Below are positions 14,276 through 28,416 of a stretch of DNA of 64,000 bases, piece by piece (position 1 is the stretch's first letter; every line of letters starts with the position of its first letter). The stretch spans positions 97,650,001 to 97,714,000 of the forward strand of contig OZ024740.1 of NCBI GenBank assembly GCA_964016885.1, in the 5' to 3' direction. This DNA comes from Eledone cirrhosa (taxonomy: Eukaryota). The translations under genes were made by a program, and so were the position numbers. Under the pieces are notes generated by a model. That model saw nothing but the letters and a program-made list of their open reading frames with translations. It made no database searches and was not told the origin of the DNA.

Positions 14276-14874
14276 TATAGAGAAAATTGAGGTTGGTAAT
14301 GGCACATGGAATATATAAGAGACAGAATACTTTTTTGTGAAAAAACATAATTTTATAAGGTAAGGAAATAATAAAGGGTATAAAAAATGACCGGTTTCGA
14401 TGGGTCTGCAAAAGCCATCTTTTCAAATGTTGATTAATATTAAGAAAAATTAATAATACGAAGAGTTAAAATTTGAGACTTGAAAATTCAAGTATAAAAT
14501 TCATTGTGGGATTTCATAGCAGTTTTCATCTAGGTAGCAACAACAGGTTGACTGCTGTGTCCCTTTCTGGTAGTGAATCACTACCAGAAAGGGACACAGC
14601 AGTCAACCTGTTGTTGCTACCTAGATGAAAACTGCTATGAAATCCCACAATGAATTTTATACTTGAATTTTCAAGTCTCAAATTTTAACTCTTCGTATTA
14701 TTAATTTTTCTTAATATTAATCAACATTTGAAAAGATGGCTTTTGCAGACCCATCGAAACCGGTCATTTTTTATACCCTTTATTATTTCCTTACCTTATA
14801 AAATTATGTTTTTTCACAAAAAAGTATTCTGTCTCTTATATATTCCATGTGCCATTACCAACCTCAATTTTCTC

Positions 14875-14878
<4 letters not shown>
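14276..14878. repeat. Perfect ~301-bp-arm palindrome (1-nt centre at 14577), Penelope pseudo-LTR-like
   Basis: ...TTTCTGGTAGTGA-A-TCACTACCAGAAA...; arms match to 14276/14878; (TA)n on both sides; an HHR-like motif in each arm. Confidence 0.93.
14724..14768 (+). ncRNA. Minimal type-I hammerhead-like motif, U3-A8 core (mirror copy on minus strand ~14386-14430)
   Basis: TTGAAAA-GATGG..CCATC-GAAA-CCGG-TC; stem I weak. Confidence 0.6.
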
Positions 14879-14937
<59 letters not shown>

Positions 14938-14939
14938 CA

Positions 14940-15235
14940 TGCAGTAATACCGAAGACCCGACTTCCCACGGGAACGAGCCGAAGCTGAAGCATATAGACA
15001 ATATGCCCCCATCCCCTCCTACTGTAAAATGGTCGTGTAGGCGCCATGGAAGAAAAGCACCCAGCACTCACTGTGAATGAGGTTGGTGTTAGGAAGGGCA
15101 TCCAAGTGTAGAAATCAAGCCAAATCAGTTCCCGTATGAGCAAAACAAGGTCACCCGACCTGGCACAGCCGACAACAGTTCAACCCGTCTAACCAATGCT
15201 AGCATGGAAGAATGGACGTAAAACGGTGATGATGA
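14940..15235 (+). mobile_element. SINE family B (RTE-like tail)
   Basis: GGTGTTAGGAAGGGCATCCA...GCTAGCATGGAAGAATGGACGTAAAACGGTGATGATGA shared with many copies in the window. Confidence 0.85.
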
Positions 15236-15849
15236 TAATATATATACATATTTTGTTCTATCCTACACCATCTGATGTAGGATAGAACAATGGAGAGTCG
15301 CATAAAATAACATCCTAGTCACCGAGGTGGTCACAGAATGTGGACAAAATGGCTTTCACAATATATAAACAACCTTCCAGTTATCAAACTAACAAACCAG
15401 CCCAAAACTTATAATAAATTCAAGTGAAAACCAACATATATAAATATTAATATATACATAAATATATATATACATAAATATATATACAGAGTTTTTGAAT
15501 AGTTATAATAACATTCGATTCGTATTCAATTATGCAAACAAGCCTCATTTTTAAAGTCATGTCAGTAGAATGGTAGAATGAACCCTTCATTCTTGCTCTT
15601 GTGTTGGCATGTAAACAGAACTGCAGACACTAATGTTTCTGGGTATTGCCCTTTGTCAGTACAGTTCAATGTTCACCTGCCAACTGTCAGAGCTAATGAA
15701 AATATATGCTATTTTCTAAAATATACAGTGACTGATCAGCCTGAAGAGTCACATCCACTGATCAGCCAGATTTGCATATCAACAGACTGGCCAGTCAGTT
15801 TCCTAAATATGAGCGTTAAATGGCCGGATTTGCCATATTCAAATTTAAA

Positions 15850-16112
15850 AAAAAAAAAATTTCGCTCTAGCCAAAGCATTAGAATTCGCTAAAAATTACA
15901 TTAATATATCCGATTTAGAAGAGGATGTAATTTTACATGCCTGAAAAACTCTACTTTTTGCCAAAAATGAATCTTGGGTAAAAAATCTAACCCTTTTGGT
16001 GTCTCTATGGGTTCCTTTCACAGTGCCGATGTGTGTGATTTCGTCCGTTTGTTCCTTCTACATACAATGAGGGAAAAACTTCCAGGTCACACCATCGGTC
16101 TATATCGAGAAA
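15850..16112 (+). pseudogene. Naiad-like Penelope RT fragment
   Basis: Translates to KTLLFAKNESWVK..PFGVSMGSFHSADVCDFV..GLYR, matching the PLE RT pattern FDV.MGS.DGAE.C.LVG...GLYRDD. Confidence 0.7.
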
Positions 16113-16129
16113 ATCGATGATTAAAGTAG

Positions 16130-17790
16130 GCAAACTGACGACCAAGTACCAAACCAACCTCACACTAAAGGAAATCAATTACTTAAGCAACTTCGAAATG
16201 AAAACCAGTATTTCTATGGTTTACCGAAGGTTCACAAATGCAGAGAAATCCAAAACAACATAAAAGGCAAAAATGCATCATATGTTGAAGACCAAAAACC
16301 GACAGATTTAAAATTACGCCCAATTGTTGCTGGTCCAGCCTCAAGAACACAACATCTAAGCAACCTATTAGACATCATATTGAAACCCTTATGTAAAAAA
16401 ATGCCAAGCTTCATCAGAGATGATATGGAATTCCTGAAATATATCACCCAGAAAGTACACCAAGAAACAATCTTAGTTAGCTTTGACGTAACACGCTTAT
16501 ATACTAACATCCCACACGACTTATGATTTGAAGCTGTTGACTTCTGGATTACAAAACACCCAGATTACATTTCAGAGAGATTCGCCAAAAAACTGATTTT
16601 GGAAGGACTCAAACTAGTACTGGAGAACAACCACTTCCTTTTTAATAATGAACTATTTACAAATAAAAGGAATGGCCATGGGTACCAAAGTGGCCCCAGT
16701 ATATGCAACACTCGTTACGGGCCACCTAGAGGCAACATTACATTCCAAACTGCAGGAAACATTCAGTCATGACTTCACCAGCTACATTAATCACAATTGG
16801 AAATGCTACCTAGACGACTGCTTCCATATGCAAATATTCCATTCCATCATAAACAATCTTCACGAAGAAATAAAAATCGCCATGGAATGTAATAAAAAGG
16901 AACAACCATTACTGGATATCCTTATCATTAAGGAAGGTGAACATATCAAAATGGACTTATTTTACAAACCAACAGACACACACTGATACTTGAATTTCCG
17001 TTCAGCACACCCCTCACATACCAAAAGGAACATTCCTTTTAACATGGCAAGACGCATCTGCACCATAGTAACACACCCCACACTACAGGAAAAAAGGTTA
17101 TATGAATTAAAAGAATTCCTTAATAGACAAGAATATCAGGTGAACCTCATCAACACAGCCATCTCCAAAGCCCAGAACAGTGACAACACTGAGAAAAACA
17201 AAGCAACAAAATAGAATGGAAAAACAGTTATCACTTTTGTCATCACTTACAATCCAAGGAACTTCAACATTGTGAAAGCCGTTAAACAATATCTCCTGAT
17301 TCTCCAGCAGTCCCCTAAAATGAATGCACTCATAAAAGACGTACAAATTATATATAGTAGACGCAAAGTACCCAACCTAAAGAAACTGCTTACCAAGGCA
17401 AAATTTACGTCTAATAATGAAGCAATCCAAGTTAAGAAATGTGGGGACCCTCGATGCGGAACTTGCGAAGACATTGAAGAGGGTGAACAAATCTCCTTTA
17501 AAAACAAACAGTTAATGCACACATTATATGCAAAACCAAAATCTGTGCAACCTGCCCACAATGGTGAAACCGGAACGGGTCTACATGACAGAGTTCGAGT
17601 ACATAAACAACAAATTAGAGACCCCTCTGTCAGAAACAACACATGCAGTGAACACTTCCCAACATGCAGAAAAGGGAAAATTCACAATTTTCCCCTTCTT
17701 TAAAATATGGTCGGACAACGAACATTTCTGAAAATATAAAGATGAATTCTTTATTAGAAAATACAATCCGCTACTGAACACAAAAAAGTG
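16130..17790 (+). pseudogene. Penelope-like element (Neptune-like) RT + GIY-YIG endonuclease, disrupted
   Basis: FYGLPKVHK, LRPIVAG, LVSFDV..LYTNIPH, QIKGMAMGT, YLDDCF, FYKPTD, SAHP.HTK.NIPF, KCGDPRCGTC, GETG..L..R..HK; several stops and frameshifts. Confidence 0.9.
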
Positions 17791-17984
17791 ATATTCCATC
17801 TTCAAGTAACGGGATTCTCCCCTTCTCTTTTCTTTAAAAACATCTCATATTGAAAAAGAAAGATAGTTGATGACACCCGTACTTTCAAACATTCGATTGC
17901 TGAAGAGAAGAAAAACCCTCAGAGGTTCAATAACATTTCATTAATTCCCCGTTCCTCACACCAATGTATATGTGAACTTAAACA

Positions 17985-18177
17985 CTTGTGTAGATGTGTG
18001 TACATATATGTATGTATAGATGTGTTTATATATATATATATATGTCTGTAGGTGTACAGATATGTGTGTACATCTGTATATGTATGTGTACATGTGTGTG
18101 TGTGTATATATGTGTATGTATGCACGTGCGTGTGTGATATATATATATATGTGTGTATGTGTGTGTGAATATATATG

Positions 18178-18214
<37 letters not shown>

Positions 18215-18430
18215 CTGTGTATATATGTATGTATATATATATATGTGTGTATGTTTGTGTATACGTATGTATGTACATGTATGTGTGGGTGTATGCATGT
18301 GTGTATATATATATATATCGGTGTATATATATGTATATATATATATATATATATGTGTGGGTGTATATATGTGTGTATATATATGTGTGTGTGTGCGTGT
18401 TTATGTGTGTGTGTATGTATTTAATATATA
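17985..18430. repeat. Mixed (TA)n/(TG)n microsatellite
   Basis: Direct reading. Confidence 0.95.
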
Positions 18431-19123
18431 TATCGACTGTAAATATATTTACATATATGGAAGTGAATATGTGAGCTAGCATATCCCCACTCCCACATTT
18501 CCTCTCCCAAACCAATATCAACGACATACATTTTTTTTAAATGCTCCAAAATAATCCTTCTTTTTTTCTCTTTTTACTGTCATCCCATTCTTATCAAAAG
18601 ACATGTATCTTACACCTCATTAAAACCCACCACTATCACCAGACACACACCTAAATCCATCTTTGATATAGAAATTTGTAGAAGATATTCTTGATAAATT
18701 TAAGAGAGTTGATTCAGCTATAAGAAACGAATTTTAAAAACACCCTGCCATTATATATTCATTAAAGGTCATCTATTGAAATAAAACCAGCAGGAGGGGA
18801 TGTTTACAACAACCTTCTCAAACAGCCCTATTTTGATGTCAACCTCACCATTTTCTGAGTGTATATATGTATGTGTGTGTGCGTGCATATGTGTGTATGT
18901 GTGTGTATGCTTTAATTCCTCCCAATCTTCATCAACACTCATTAACACCCCACCCCACACCCAGACACATCCAAATCTCTCTCTCATATCTAGAGACACA
19001 TCACAACAGAACCTGATCTCAGTTTGACAATCGCCACCGAATAAAGTTAACCAGGAATCTTTAAAATTCTTCCCACCGAAGTTCACAAAGAACTTACTAG
19101 ATCTACCAACTCATAATATTAAA

Positions 19124-19147
19124 TCTATATATATAAAACTGGGGATG

Positions 19148-19223
<76 letters not shown>

Positions 19224-19795
19224 TTTGAATCCCTAAAACTCGAGAAGTACCCAAGTGATTTTTTTCAGACTTTACATGTGTATTACTTATGTTTCAGGGA
19301 GTGTCATGCACATAAAAAAATCAACTTTTTGATCCCCAAGGGCCCGCATTAGGTGAAAAACTGCGATTTTTCAGCTTTTTAGGTTTTTTTTTAGGCATTA
19401 CGTCAGACCGATTTCCTTGAAATTGTAACTATGTATTAGTCAGTTTCTTCTTCATACCGTGAGCAAAGACAATCCAACTATTTTATGGCCTATTAGGTGA
19501 AAAACTTCATTTTTTCAGCTTTTAAGGCTCTTTTGACGTGTTACATCTAGCCGATTTTCCTGTAATTTCAAGGCATATTATGCACATAAAACAAATTCAT
19601 TTTCTTGATCCCTAGGGCTCGCATCAGGTTAAAACCTGCACTTTTCCTGCTTCATCAAGGAACATTTTAAAGATTATCCAGCCATCAGAGTATTCGGTTT
19701 ATTTTCTTTACATATTGTCCAGGCATGCAGTTTTTCCACGATTAGGTCTGTTGATGACCCGCGTTCCAAAACACTTTATCCCGTGCAAAACTAAA
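19124..19795 (+). mobile_element. Probable non-autonomous Helitron, 3' end damaged
   Basis: 5' A|TCTATATATATAAAACTGGGGATG+(TG)n resembles the 37415 Helitron start; internal ~140-bp subrepeats (AGGTGAAAAACT); CCCGTGCAA half-hairpin near 19780 but no CTAG. Confidence 0.5.
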
Positions 19796-20847
19796 TCAAA
19801 ACTATATCAAATTATTTAAGACTACAATTGAAGTCATTCTTTTCATTTTTTTCAAATACATATATATATACATTCATAATACATATATTCCAATTATTGT
19901 TAGGTTCTTTTATCTATGAATTCTGAGAAGGGTGAAGACCTAAATCCAACCAATGTCTCTAATATTTATTAAAAACATTAATAATTTCCATTCAAATTGT
20001 TATATTTATCAGGAAAGCAAGAACAACAAATAATCTTTCTATAAATATATGAAGGTTAATGACCTCAAACCAATATCTGAGATATCTAGTTACAATCAGA
20101 ATATAGATCTACATTCTGATTGTATTATTGGTCAACTAAAACAAAATATAGTATATTGTATAACTGGCTGTTATTGTGCTTTAATGTTCATGCGAAATTT
20201 CAAACATTGTTTCTTTATATTAATATTATTTACTGATATGAAGATTATTTTATCAAATAAATTTCAAGATCTTTAGAATATTGGCCATATTTCCGAAGCT
20301 ATACATAAATTAACACTTCTGTTTTCATATTTCTAATAAATGACATTGCTTGTGCTTTTTAGATAATTTTGAAAATATTTAAGAATTACAAAGAATTTAG
20401 TAAAATAACTAATTTTGTTCTTATTTATCTGATGTTTGGAACACAACATCCCAGAGGTTCTTAGATCAAATTTAATAATTTTAGATAAATATAAATAGTT
20501 TTGTATACTTGAGTCAGTTGTGGCTTCAAGCACTTTGTATCAAAATAGTTAATGTCTCTAGAAAAGATAATTAAGCCAGTGGTGATGATGATGATGGGAA
20601 GATAATTTAATCTGACTGAATTATAATTAAAAGATAGGGTTAACATCTCCAATAAACAGTTGACCACAGATATCCTGCAACTCCAATAAAGAAATGTTCT
20701 TTATCTTTATAACAACACATTCTATATTTCATTGAGAGAATAAATCCCCTTTAAAAAAGATATCTTCTCCAATTCACTTGCTTCATTGCATTAGAGTTAG
20801 GACTAAAGTTACAGCTGGTTTTTCAAACTGGAATTGGTTATATACAC

Positions 20848-21185
20848 ATCATCATCATCATCATTTTACGTCCGTTTTCCCTGCTTTCAAGGGTGGGATG
20901 GGAACTGATTCTGGCTTGTTTTCTACAGCTAGATGCCCTTCCTAACACCAACCTCATTTACAGTGAGTGCTGGGTGCTTTTTCGCCATGGCACCTCTACA
21001 ACCACTTTGCAGTGGAATGATATGGACCCGAATCCCTATCCTCTCATTTCTACAGCTGAGTAAACTGGAGCAATGTGAAATAAAGTGTCTTGCTGAAGGA
21101 AACAACACATCACCCGGTCTGAGAATTGAACTCACAACGTTTCGATTGCAAGGCTAATGATCTAACCACTAAGCCATGTGCCTCT
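20848..21185 (-). mobile_element. SINE family B with tRNA head and CORE-like domain
   Basis: Minus strand: A-box TGGCTTAGTGG, B-box GTTCAATTC, GCAAGACACTTTATTTCACATTGCTCCAG core, family-B tail ending (GAT)n. Confidence 0.85.
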
Positions 21186-21997
21186 ATCATACACATATAT
21201 ATATAACAATAATCATCATTTAATGTCTGTTATCCCTGCTAGTAAGAGTTGGATAAGTGATTAGAGACCATGTCTGTACTTGATGGGAATTACTGTCTTC
21301 TCAGATACACAAGGGACATGCATCTTGCATATATCACTACAATGTGCCACAAGTGATTTTCTATGACACCAGCACTAGAGAGGTTGTCATGTCTTTGATA
21401 CAAAGTGTCCTCTCAGCCCTGTATTTGGAAATATTTTTTCACAGACAGATATCCATACATGTATGAAAAGCCATGCTCATCGCCACCCCATCAACAATAC
21501 TGCCAGATGTCAGTCCCTTCCCATAAAGCCAACCCATCCTCTCTATAGTACCAGCAAGTCAAAACCCTGATGTTGTCTCTCCCTGATACTCACTATCACT
21601 AACCTCCCAAACTGGCCATGGTTGCAAGTGCACTATTATTGAAATACAGTTGTACTGGTATCACAATACAAAATGCTCTCAAACAACTCCAGCAGATGAA
21701 ATTGCTAGTGTTACAATAAATTTCATCCAGCCCATTCTATATTGTGGTTGTGCAGATGCCACAAAAATCACCCATTCCAACATGTCAGGTGGTAGCGGTG
21801 GCACCATAAACAAACAATCCTGTTACATGCCAGGAAGTGGTTGCCATAGAAACCATGCCCAAATGGTATATGTGAGCCAAATACCATCGTCTGCCCTACC
21901 TGTTTAGCCTCTGTGTGACAACTCATTTAACCCATGCAAATGATGAAAATAGATGTAAAATGGTAATGATGATATATGTGTATATATATATAAATAT

Positions 21998-22033
<36 letters not shown>

Positions 22034-22055
22034 TTATGCATATATATATATACAG

Positions 22056-22366
22056 AGAAGCATATAGACAATATGCCCCAACACCCTCCCACTGCAAAGT
22101 GGTCGTGGAGGTGCCACGGCAAAAAGACCCAGCCCACACTGTAAAGTGGACGTGTAGGCGCCACGCAAAAAGCACCCATCACTCACTGTAAATGAGGTTG
22201 GTGTTAGGAAGGGCATCCAGCTGTAGAAATCAAGCCAGAATCTGTTCCCATATGAGCAAGGCATGGTCAGCCAACCGGACACTGCCCACAACAGGACAAC
22301 CCGTCTAACCCATGCTAGCATGGAAGAACGGACGTAAAACGGTGATGATGATGATGATGATGATGA
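22056..22366 (+). mobile_element. SINE family B
   Basis: Family-B tail and (GAT)n; internal ~47-bp subrepeats. Confidence 0.85.
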
Positions 22367-25300
22367 TACATATACACATATGCATACATATATACATATG
22401 TATATTGTACATTAATGAGTTTTCAGTGAACAGATTCTCTCTGTCATAACTGTACTGATTACAAATAAAACATTATTAGGAGCATTAGTAAATGAGAGAA
22501 AAGGTTAGTGAGGGAGGGAGATAATGAGAAAGCACATGATGCTTAACGGTATGACATTAATATTCATATATATGGCAAATTTTAACGTTTTAAACAACTT
22601 ATTCCAAACTGCTTCTATTAAAGTCCTCTAGACTAACCCCTTTGTTACTATATTTGTAATGAATGTCACCAACTATGATTTTCAAATGATTGTCAAGAAT
22701 TTGGGGGAATTTAGTAATATAACTAACTTTCTCGTTATTAAGCTTTTGTTTACAACATAACTTACCAGATGTTACAAGTTCTATTGTAAAACATGGGTTG
22801 ATTTCAGGTAGCTTGGTATTATAAAGATTAAGTTCAAATATTGGACGGAAATCTCAGATAATTTTAGATTTCAGTAGTAAATATTTGCATTTTATTTAGT
22901 TGAAATTTAATTGAATCACTAAAGTTCTCATAATTCATATTTATGTTGATCATTTAATAGAACAACAGTTTATTCTTATGAAAACTACTGTCACAAAAGG
23001 GTTAAAGAGATGTGGTTTAGTTAAAGTTGAGTAATATCCCATAGGTGGGATTCTCCACAGTCATTAGTAGTTAAGTATGTGCATATGCGTGCATGCATAT
23101 GGGATTGGAGGAAATTATGCAGAAAGGCAGCTGGGATTATGTCCAAGAAACATAACTTAGTTATATCTCCAATTACAGATGTAACAGAGTATGAAATTTT
23201 TGTAAATGCTTGGCATTATGAGAGAGGAACTAAATGAGAAAATGTCAGGGAGAAAGAGATGTAAGAGAAGGAAGCAAAAAATAGAAAGAGATGGAATGGG
23301 ATAGAAGATATTGAATGTCAGTGGATGCATGCTTATCAGAGAACCAATTAAATTGGCAGAATTGTTCCTTTCTGCTATATAGAGAGAAGACAAATATATT
23401 AACCTTATTAATACTAACAGCCTGAGACAGCTTCTGGTTCCCTGATATAAAACATCTCATTTGATTACACCAATTTGTAAAGTGATGCATATTTATTTTT
23501 ATTCATTTCATAAATTATTTATGTATAAATTAAACCTCCCATTATTATATTCCGAAGGCAACATTCTTTTAGTTATCATTCTGACACCAACTTAATAGTG
23601 AAAGGTAGTTAAGTTTTACCCAAAGCCCAGAAGCATATCAGGCTAGAGTTCACCCCAGTTACCCTGGCTTATATACCTGAGAGTATATGTCCTTTCTGGA
23701 CAGAATGCCAGTCATTCACAAAGTTAACACCCAGCTAATGTTGGTAGTCATTGTTCAGATGAGTAGACTGGAGTAATGAGAAATAATAAGTACTTTGCTC
23801 AAGACCACAATGTGCTACTCAATTCCAAAATTGAATCCATAAGTTTTATGATTGTGAATCCAACAGCATAATGACACAGTTGAGACCCTTCACTTCAGAG
23901 CAAAATATCCCTATAAATTCCTATTTTTAATTCGAAAATAATTTAAAACTAAGGCCAAAGATTTTTACTGTAACCTAAAAGTGGAACATTTCTAATGAGA
24001 ATAAGATATGTAAAACAGAAAAAGCTGATCAAACAATCACTTGAAACTGGCTTTTGTAGACAGGGTGTATCAAATCTCTGTCTATTCTGATTCCTATGCT
24101 GTACAGTAAACCAGGCTATATTTAGCTATATAGGATTCATGTGACTCTATGTACTTTTAGTGGGAATATTGATAATCTGCCTGTTACCTTATTATTGAAG
24201 GCTGGGGTAAAAGGCAGTCATGAACATATTGCAGTTAATGTTAAATCATACAGGTATTGTCTGTAAACTAATGTGATATGATGCCTTACATATTTAATCT
24301 GAATATTTAGGAAGCAATTATTTGCAATGCATTTGACACAATACATCATTTATGCCCGATTGTTACTCCTTTTTCTAGCTGACAAATTATAGTTCCAAAA
24401 TAGAACAATCATCATCATGACATACATTCAAGCAATAAATCATGTGGCAAACAAATAGAAACAATGCATGAAATACAAATGTGTAAGAATACAAGCTGAG
24501 GTAGTTAGTGTTGACAAGGGAAATAGAAAGCATATCATCATAAAAGAATGAAGGAAGAACAAGGTATAAAGTAGGACAATGATGAATACTATGAAAATTC
24601 AGCTTTACAAATATATGACCACACGTGTCTTCATAATTATATCTATATGTGTAAGTACTATTATTATTATTAAAGCATTGGATAAAATGCTTTGTAGCAT
24701 TTGGTTACAACCTTCTGAGTTTACATCCTATCAAGATCAAGTTTACTTGTCATCCTTCCAAGGTCAATAAAATACCAGTAAAGTACTGGTGATAATATAA
24801 TTGACTTTTCTTTCCCTTCAAATTGCTGCAATTGAAAAGATGGTTGCAAAAGTGAAACCTTATAGCGCTATTTCATAAGCCATATAGTGTAGCTTAAAAT
24901 CAATCTATGTAATCCTTCATCGAAGAAATCAATCAATATAATCGATCATTGAAGACAAACTATCATTTGTATTTAAACCACAAGAGGCTTGGAATATTCA
25001 GCAGAGGCTAGTCTCACCATTCTAAGAGAGATATAGAATCAAAATGGTACATAAGACAATGTACATCCCAAAATCAGCAGCGAAGTCCAATGCAACCATC
25101 GTGCTGAAAAGCACATGGTGAAACCATGTTAAACGCAAGATAAATAGATATCAACACGGTGGACGTTAACTCCGCAGGAAATAGGAGCAGGCATTATAGC
25201 AACCAAGCTCTACAAGTTAAGAGACTTGGATCTGTTAAATCCAAATAATAAATCAAAGCAGTGCTATAAGGTTTCACTTTTGATTCCACCTGTGTACATA

Positions 25301-26479
25301 TTTTTCTATACAATATGTATTTTAGTATATATACAATATACTGTGTTTCTTATATAGCTCTTTTTTATATGGCTTTTTCTCTCTCTCTCTATATATATAT
25401 ATACATATATCTTCATATATATATACATGTTTGTGCGTGTGTTATATCAGCCGCAATTCACATCATAAGGGTTAATTAAACACTTTGAGGCAAGCCAATA
25501 ATATGCTCGCAGCATTGCCATGGGTGATGGCAAGGCTAAGGCACTGAAGCAAGTAGGCACCCTCACAGGCATCACCTGACATCTTAGAAAACCGAGTATC
25601 CAGCGATGACGCAGACTTTGCTGGCAGTAACCCAACTCCACCAAAACCTTTCGAACACCACGGGCTGGCAAAATAATAACTACATAATTCCATGTATTTG
25701 CAAATGTTATTCCGTTTGGCAAAGGAAGCAGTGATGAAGCAAAAGAGTCACTGAATGTGGCGAAGCTTCCATAATTTTTGTATTATTTTTCTGAATATAT
25801 TCTATTAATGTTAATCTCATAATTGTTGTTACATCAATTAATAAGTATTAAACTTACATGTTCTAGTTGTATTCCTATAACAATATTTTAGTTTGTACGA
25901 TATATGTATTATTGTGTAATGGTGCAGCAATATATTTTTAGTCACTGCACATTGTATATTTATTACTAATAACTTTCTAATTGCGAGTTTAGCCTTCCAT
26001 ATGGTTTTAACGTTTTCCCGACTATGTTTCAAATCTTTTAGCGTTTTCGGAATTGTAAATATTCATGATATTTATGTTGTTTCATAGATACTGAAGAGAT
26101 CAATACAGTAGAAATGAATATTCCAGTTGTATTGATTGAAACATTCGAAAATCAATTAAATGATTTAATGTAATTTAATCCTGGAGATCTTTATTCATAG
26201 CTGTTTAAACGGCCAGAGCTCAGCCGTCAGGGTCCTGAATATGTTTATATTACCCATGCTACTACCCCAAGTATCAAGTACTTTTGTGGGTTATGGTCCA
26301 CCTGGATTTTTTACCACACTATATATGATTAATATATTTATATATATATACGTATGTGTGTGTGTTACTATCCGTCTCTCTCTCCATATATATATATATT
26401 TACGACATATTTTAACACATACATAGAGATACGTGTGCACATACTGTACAAACGCACACAACTATATATATATATATAC

Positions 26480-27839
26480 ACACACATCAACACGGTCTGT
26501 ACCTCTCTGGCTCATGAAATCCACCCAGCTTATGCTGACCGGACAACCATGTTGCTTGTTTATTTTCCTATCTTCGGTTTGCTTTTATCCTTCTATGTTG
26601 TTTACTTGTCCCTCTCGCCTTACGCGAATTCTGGTCCCAATAATTTTTTTTAGTTATTTCTCGCACCAACCTGAAGTATCTGATTTTTAATGCGATGTAA
26701 TACCAATGATGGTTGGAAAATCACTGACGAAGGACTATTTTTATCATATGTAACCCATGTGCAAACCACGCAGTATTCTTTCTTCTCGTGTTTTTTATAT
26801 ATATTTAACCCGGCTGCGTTTGTCTGTTTCTCTCTTACTGCTTCCCCGCTTTCTCTGTTTCTCTCACCTTCTTTCGCCCCTCTGTCAGTTACACTTTCTC
26901 TCGACTGACCTCTTCCTCAAACTTCCACTCACTCACTGTTTCTCCCCTTCTCACTTCCTCTCGTTTCGCTTGTGTGGGTCTCTTCTTGCTCACATCTCAC
27001 ACACATCAACACGGTCTGTACCTCTCTCGCTCATGAAATCTACCCGGCTTATGCTGACCGGACAACCATGTTGCTTGTTTATTTTCCTATCGTCGGTTTG
27101 CTTTTATACTTCTATGTTGTTTACTTGTCCCCCTCGCCTTACGCGAATTCTGGTCCCAATAACTTGTTTTAGTTATTGCTCGCACCAACGTGAGGTATCT
27201 GATTTTTAATGGGATGTAATACCAATGATGGTTGTAAAAATCACTGACGAAGGACTATTTTTATCATATGTAACCCATGTGCAAACCACGCAGTATTCTT
27301 CTTTCTTCTCATGTTTTTTATATATATTTACCTCGGCTGCGTTTGTCTGTTTCTCTCTTACTGCTTCCCCGCTCTCTCTGTTTCTCTCACCTTCTTTCGC
27401 CCCCTCTGTCAGTTACACTTTCTCTCCACTGACCTCTTCCTCACACTTCCACTCACTCACTCTCTGTTTCTCCCCTTCTCACTTCCTCCCGTTTGGCTTG
27501 TGTGGGTCTCTTCGTGCTCACATCTCACACACATCAACACGGTCTGTACCTCTCTCGCTCATGAAATCCACCGAGCTTATGCTGACTGGACAACCATGTT
27601 GCTTGTTTATTTTCGTATCTTCGGTTTGCTTTAATCCTTCTATGTTGTTTACTTGTCCCCCTCGCCTTACGCGAATTCTGGTCCCAATAACTTTTTTTAG
27701 TTATTGCTCGCACCAACCTGAGGTATCTGATTTTTAATGCGATGAAATACCAATGATGGTTGGAAAATCACTGACGAAGGACTATTTTTATCATATGTAA
27801 CCCATGTGGAAACCACGCAGTATTCTTCTTTCTTCTCAT

Positions 27840-27840
<1 letters not shown>
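26480..27840 (+). repeat. Tandem repeat, ~2.6 units of ~520-527 bp, with a structured hammerhead-like module
   Basis: CACACATCAACACGGTC at 26481, 27000 and 27527; CTGACGA at 26724, 27244 and 27771; bounded by (TA)n. Confidence 0.93.
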
Positions 27841-27935
<95 letters not shown>

Positions 27936-28229
27936 CATACAAACTAAGATACATAGAACATATACAAATAAATGCATTTAAGCTTATAAAAGAATATGAC
28001 CCAGAAAGAACTATTGAATAATAAATAATAAATATAAACTAAAAATATATAGTTTTGTTTATGTTACCAACGTTTATGTTACCAATGTTTGGAATGTGAA
28101 TAGTAAGTAATCTACTAGAAAGATCTAAAGAAATGGACATAAGTGTAAAAACTAGTCTAGATCAAATTGGTTTAGACACACAATCAGAAGTTCATTCCTA
28201 TGATTTACGATTTGACATGGCAGCATAAT

Positions 28230-28416
28230 AATTGTTTCTACTTTATGCACAATGCCAGCAATTAGCCAGTACATTACTGGTACTTTATTTTACCAACACC
28301 GTAAGGATGAAAGTCAAAGTTAACTTCGGCGGGATTTGAACTCAGACTGTAAATGGACGTAACTATGCTAGAAAGCATGGCGTCCAACCCTCTACCGATA
28401 CTGCCAAATCACCGCC
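28230..28416 (-). mobile_element. SINE family A
   Basis: Reverse complement of the family-A head, B-box, core and tail. Confidence 0.82.

Noticed and set aside
17845-17897. HHR after the Neptune-like ORF (TTGAAAA-AGAAAG..CTTTC-AAAC)
   Set aside because: GAAA, stem I and stem III are not recoverable; too degenerate to call.
26620-26645. Twister ribozyme (GGTCCCAA)
   Set aside because: The rest of the twister consensus and its pseudoknots are absent.
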